A stretch of DNA of 61,839 nt, the filler included. It is 5 parts of 5 records of this genome, joined end to end, with 100 filler letters (N's around TTAATTAATTAA, not from the genome) between each part and the next. Parts side by side here need not be neighbours in the genome. Positions count along the whole stretch, not along the records: positions 56,640 to 61,839 come from SRR20825010_969; 4 more parts are not named here. One strand, given 5' to 3'. Below the pieces are notes generated by a model, which worked only from the letters and a program-made list of their open reading frames with translations, searched no databases and had not been told where the DNA came from. Numbering within the stretch: the first letter of the stretch is position 1; the number at the start of each line of letters is the position of its first letter. The position numbers were made by a program, and so were the translations under genes. Shown here piece after piece: positions 58,572-61,839 of this stretch.

Positions 58572-59729
58572 CTACGCCGTTCTCTTTCGGATGCCGATTC
58601 CGGGGAGGTCGTTGAGGGTCAACTTGCCATCGATCACCTTCACTCCTTCGTAGAGGTCGTTGCTGATCAGGAGGTTGCCGTCGAGATCGGCCCAGTCGAC
58701 GAGTGGTGATAGCTGGGCGGCGGCGGAGACGGCGCACGAGGTTTCGGTCATGCATCCGATCATCACCTTCATGTCCAACGCTCGGGCCAAGGTGATCATC
58801 TTTTGTGCCTCCCGCAACCCGGTGCTCTTCATCAGTTTGATGTTGATCCCGGAATACACGCCTTGGAAGTCGGCCACGTCACCAAGGCGTTGAAACGCTT
58901 CGTCGGCGATGATTGGAAGAGGGCTTTTGGATGTCAACCAAGCTAAATCTTCGACCGCTGTTTTGGGAAGTGGTTGCTCCACAAATTCGACACCCTGCTC
59001 GGCCAACCAGTGCGTCATGTCCAGTGCTTGCTGCTTGTCAGTCCAGCCTTGGTTCACATCGACATAGATCGGCACGTCGGTCACCGACCGAACCGTGTCG
59101 ATCATTTCGCGATCGTTGCCTCCGCCCAGTTTGACTTTCAAGACTTTGAAACGAGCCGCCTCTTCCGTCTTCATCTTCACCACCTCGGGTGTGTCGATGC
59201 CGATCGTGAAGGAGGTGACAGGTGTGTTCGCGGGATTGATGCCCCACAGTCTGTGAAGTGGTTGGTCGACCAGTTTCCCCATCAGATCGTGCATCGCGAT
59301 GTCGACGCAAGCTTTGGCGGCACGGTTGCCTTCTTCGATCGAGTCGACGTAGGCGAGGATCTCATCGAGCAGAAACGGATCGTCAAACGATTCCAGTTTG
59401 ACCTTGCTGAGAAACTGCATCACGGATTGCTGTGACTCACCCAAGTACGGCGGCAGGGAGGCTTCGCCATAACCCGTGAGTCCTTCGTACTGAATCTCAG
59501 TCAAAACGACAGGCGTGGTGTCACGTGAGTTTCCGGCGACGGTGAAGGTGTGTTTGAGCTGCAGTTCGTAGGGCCGGAAGCTCAGCTTCATCTTCCCGTT
59601 TCGAATCAAGTCGGTCGTTGAGTGAGGTGCCGTGGAGGCATCTTGTGCTGCGCCCATGGTTGTCGGCAGTGCGGTCGCCAAGGCACCGGCTCCCAAGCCT
59701 TTGAGAAGGACTCTTCTTCCTCGATTCAT
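58572..59729 (-). CDS. L-Ala-D/L-Glu dipeptide epimerase (enolase superfamily), Tat-like signal
   Basis: GRRVLLKG signal; KVKLG, DVNQ, EQP, ADE, NIKLMK and DLD motifs. Confidence 0.88.
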   Translation of the reverse strand: MNRGRRVLLKGLGAGALATALPTTMGAAQDASTAPHSTTDLIRNGKMKLSFRPYELQLKHTFTVAGNSRDTTPVVLTEIQYEGLTGYGEASLPPYLGESQQSVMQFLSKVKLESFDDPFLLDEILAYVDSIEEGNRAAKACVDIAMHDLMGKLVDQPLHRLWGINPANTPVTSFTIGIDTPEVVKMKTEEAARFKVLKVKLGGGNDREMIDTVRSVTDVPIYVDVNQGWTDKQQALDMTHWLAEQGVEFVEQPLPKTAVEDLAWLTSKSPLPIIADEAFQRLGDVADFQGVYSGINIKLMKSTGLREAQKMITLARALDMKVMIGCMTETSCAVSAAAQLSPLVDWADLDGNLLISNDLYEGVKVIDGKLTLNDLPGIGIRKRTA

Positions 59730-60940
59730 TCCGTGCTCCTGATAATTTCTTTGTAAAAGTCGTTCTCGGGGATGGGCAGGAAGCCATTGGGATCTTCGCC
59801 AATGATTCGGACCGCTCTGACGAAGATGGCAGGGTAGCTGTCAATGAAGTTGGGGTGGCTGCTGTTCATGCTGTTGATGCTCACCCGTTCGCGGTAGCCC
59901 GCTGAATGAATGAACTCATCGTTTCCGATGTACATCGCGACATGAGTGACACGCTCTTTCGATTTGGAGGTTGCTTTCTTTCCAAAGAACAAAAGGTCGC
60001 CCGGTTCCAAAGCGTCCGAAACAAATTCCGTGGTCACTTCCCTGCCGATTTGGGCCTGCATGTTGGAATCTCTGGGGAGTTGGATTCCGTTCATGAAGTA
60101 CACGTTGCAGATCAGCCCGCTGCAATCGATGTTCTTGGACGACATGCCTCCCCACAGGTATGGAATGCCATGGAATCTTCGGGCTGTTTCAACAAGGTTG
60201 TTTTGCAGAGCCTGTTGGAAGAAAACAGTATCGGCCGGGCTGAGTTGGCGGCTATCGACCCAGCCGATTCGTCCATCAGGGTATCGGATCTGAGTGAAGC
60301 CGGACTGCTCGGAGAATTTGCAGACGATGTTTCCAATCACCAGATCCGTCATCGGCATCGATGTCGCGTCGGGAGCACTGTAAGCCAGCCCAGATTGGGC
60401 GGTGAAGATGACTTTTTCTGCGTCGCGATACGATCGGAGTTGCTCCTGATCGATGCGATGGACTTCGGCTGAGTTGACCCAACCGATGTATCCGTCAGGA
60501 ACTTGGATCAGACACTTTCCACGCTCGGTTTTGAGAATTCGGATGGGAGTTCCGAGAAGAGCTTGCGTGACCAGTTCGGTTTTGCTGCTAGGTTCTCGGC
60601 GCAAATGGATCACGGAATTGTTGACCAACGCATTGACCAGCGTTCCAGTTCCGTCTTCGGGAAGGAGGACCAATTGGTCGTCCACCTCTGGGTACTGACG
60701 CTTGAGAGCTTGTGTCACAGCGGCGTATGTTTCTTCACTGGACAAACTTCCATGAACACGCCAGCCAGCATCCACGTTTTCGACATGAACATCCCACCAC
60801 TGAATTCGCTGGTCAGGTGCATGAGTCTGGCGAAGGGACTCCACCAGTTCATTCAAATCGGACTCATTCAGGCCGGGCTGCGTGGGTGTCGGCGGAGCGG
60901 CAAACGCAAAGGCAAACAAGAGCGGTAGAATCAGGATCAT
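59726..60940 (-). CDS. SH3b-NlpC/P60 peptidoglycan peptidase (YkfC-like)
   Basis: Signal peptide, TQALLG...DGY.GWV SH3b repeats, PYLWGG...IDCSG...LPRDS, HVAMY...FIHS; ATGA overlap with the epimerase. Confidence 0.88.
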   Translation of the reverse strand: MILILPLLFAFAFAAPPTPTQPGLNESDLNELVESLRQTHAPDQRIQWWDVHVENVDAGWRVHGSLSSEETYAAVTQALKRQYPEVDDQLVLLPEDGTGTLVNALVNNSVIHLRREPSSKTELVTQALLGTPIRILKTERGKCLIQVPDGYIGWVNSAEVHRIDQEQLRSYRDAEKVIFTAQSGLAYSAPDATSMPMTDLVIGNIVCKFSEQSGFTQIRYPDGRIGWVDSRQLSPADTVFFQQALQNNLVETARRFHGIPYLWGGMSSKNIDCSGLICNVYFMNGIQLPRDSNMQAQIGREVTTEFVSDALEPGDLLFFGKKATSKSKERVTHVAMYIGNDEFIHSAGYRERVSINSMNSSHPNFIDSYPAIFVRAVRIIGEDPNGFLPIPENDFYKEIIRSTE

Positions 60941-61246
60941 CCAGGTGTTTCCGCGAGCTGAGTGGCACGACTATTCTCGTCTTGTCGATTTGCAAATCCG
61001 ATGCGTGGAATGGAAAGGCAGAGGCGACGGTCCGATTATAGGCGAAAGGAATTGGTGTCGACGAACATCAAGGGGGGACATTGTTTGCTCATCGCGGCTC
61101 AGTGGCTTGGCTGCGGCCCAGTGTCGCGTGGAGCGTTTTTTGGATGGATTGAATGCGGATGAGCTGGATCGCAGAGATAGATTGGGGGGAGCCAATCCAA
61201 GACGCTGTTTCTCTTCGCTGTTTTTTTTTCTATCGCTGGCGACACC

Positions 61247-61708
61247 ATGACCAAGATCTCCAAGCGTTCTCTCGATTTTCATTCTGGCGATGAAGTCATC
61301 GCTGAGATCAATCGATTGCAGGAGGGGGGCTACGTTCAAACCAAGAACTGGAACTTGACCCAAATCTGCGAGCACCTCGACGTCATCATGACCGGTGGCA
61401 TGGAAGGGTTCGGGTTCCGAATGCCACGAATTCTTCGGGCGACGGTGCTGAAGTGGATCATCGGTCGAATATTGAAGCAGCGCAAAATGTCGAGCGCACC
61501 AACTTTGGACCGATTGAAACCGAAGTCGCCGGATGGACCCGATGATCCCAGTGTCATCGATCGTTGCATCGAGACGATTCATCGGGCGAAAGCCTTTGAC
61601 GGGTCGATGGAAGACTACCCGTTTGTTGACAACATGACGCCGGATATGTGGCGTCAGTTCATGTGGCTGCACGCGGCCCATCACCTTGGGTTTTTGGTGC
61701 CCAAGTGA
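61247..61708 (+). CDS. DUF1569 (DinB-like) protein
   Basis: WNL.QICEHL and terminal HAAHHLGFL.P. Confidence 0.8.
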   Translation: MTKISKRSLDFHSGDEVIAEINRLQEGGYVQTKNWNLTQICEHLDVIMTGGMEGFGFRMPRILRATVLKWIIGRILKQRKMSSAPTLDRLKPKSPDGPDDPSVIDRCIETIHRAKAFDGSMEDYPFVDNMTPDMWRQFMWLHAAHHLGFLVPK

Positions 61709-61839
61709 ATTTTGGTGCCCAGGTGAAAATGTGTGGATCGCTTGAGGTGCGTGTCTAAGACGCGCGACGTGGCTTGGCAACGAGCGGTGAATGAGTGTTG
61801 GATTGGAATTGTGGCATAGCAGCCTGTTGATTTAGTCGT

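Noticed and set aside
60971-61780. 269-aa minus-strand ORF
   Set aside because: Antisense to DUF1569 with no recognisable features.
1-61839. tRNA, rRNA, CRISPR arrays, integrases and phage genes
   Set aside because: None recognised by eye; a covariance-model search was not possible.

Overview
This window is not one locus. It is five contigs joined by four identical 100-nt artificial linkers (N44-TTAATTAATTAA-N44 at 16815-16914, 37587-37686, 47690-47789 and 56540-56639), so gene neighbourhoods are only meaningful within a segment. (1) 1-16814 is high-GC, alphaproteobacteria-like chromosome: PAS chemoreceptor, lipoprotein adenosine deaminase, an EcfG-type stress cluster, two M20 hydrolases, a binding protein plus hybrid kinase, a low-GC orphan, and a MocR / dehydratase / AlaX / PhzF / GNAT cluster. 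(2) 16915-37586 is a mobile heavy-metal island: ParB-like gene, a phased AT-rich repeat array, merR-merTPFA, CueR-box-preceded ccdA-like/MFS and copA, a ~14-gene copper operon, and dead IS5 and IS3 remnants. (3) 37687-47689 carries a sulfatase, thiolase, asd, cbpAM, a globin and arsR-arsI. (4) 47790-56539 is lower GC and betaproteobacteria-like: TIGR03032-like, cysC, a degenerate epimerase, a CocE/NonD-type lipoprotein, TetR and DUF1302/DUF1329. (5) 56640-61839 is possibly planctomycete: a sulfatase and an exported NlpC/P60 plus dipeptide epimerase pair. The best leads are two translation-coupled switches. One is a CutF/CruR-like Cys/Pro-rich upstream ORF (ending LRAPPDPFPPRPFI) whose last codons can base-pair next to the multicopper-oxidase RBS. 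The other is an unannotated Thr/Lys-rich leader peptide with a full attenuator upstream of asd. All family and taxon calls come from motif recognition by eye; no searches were run.
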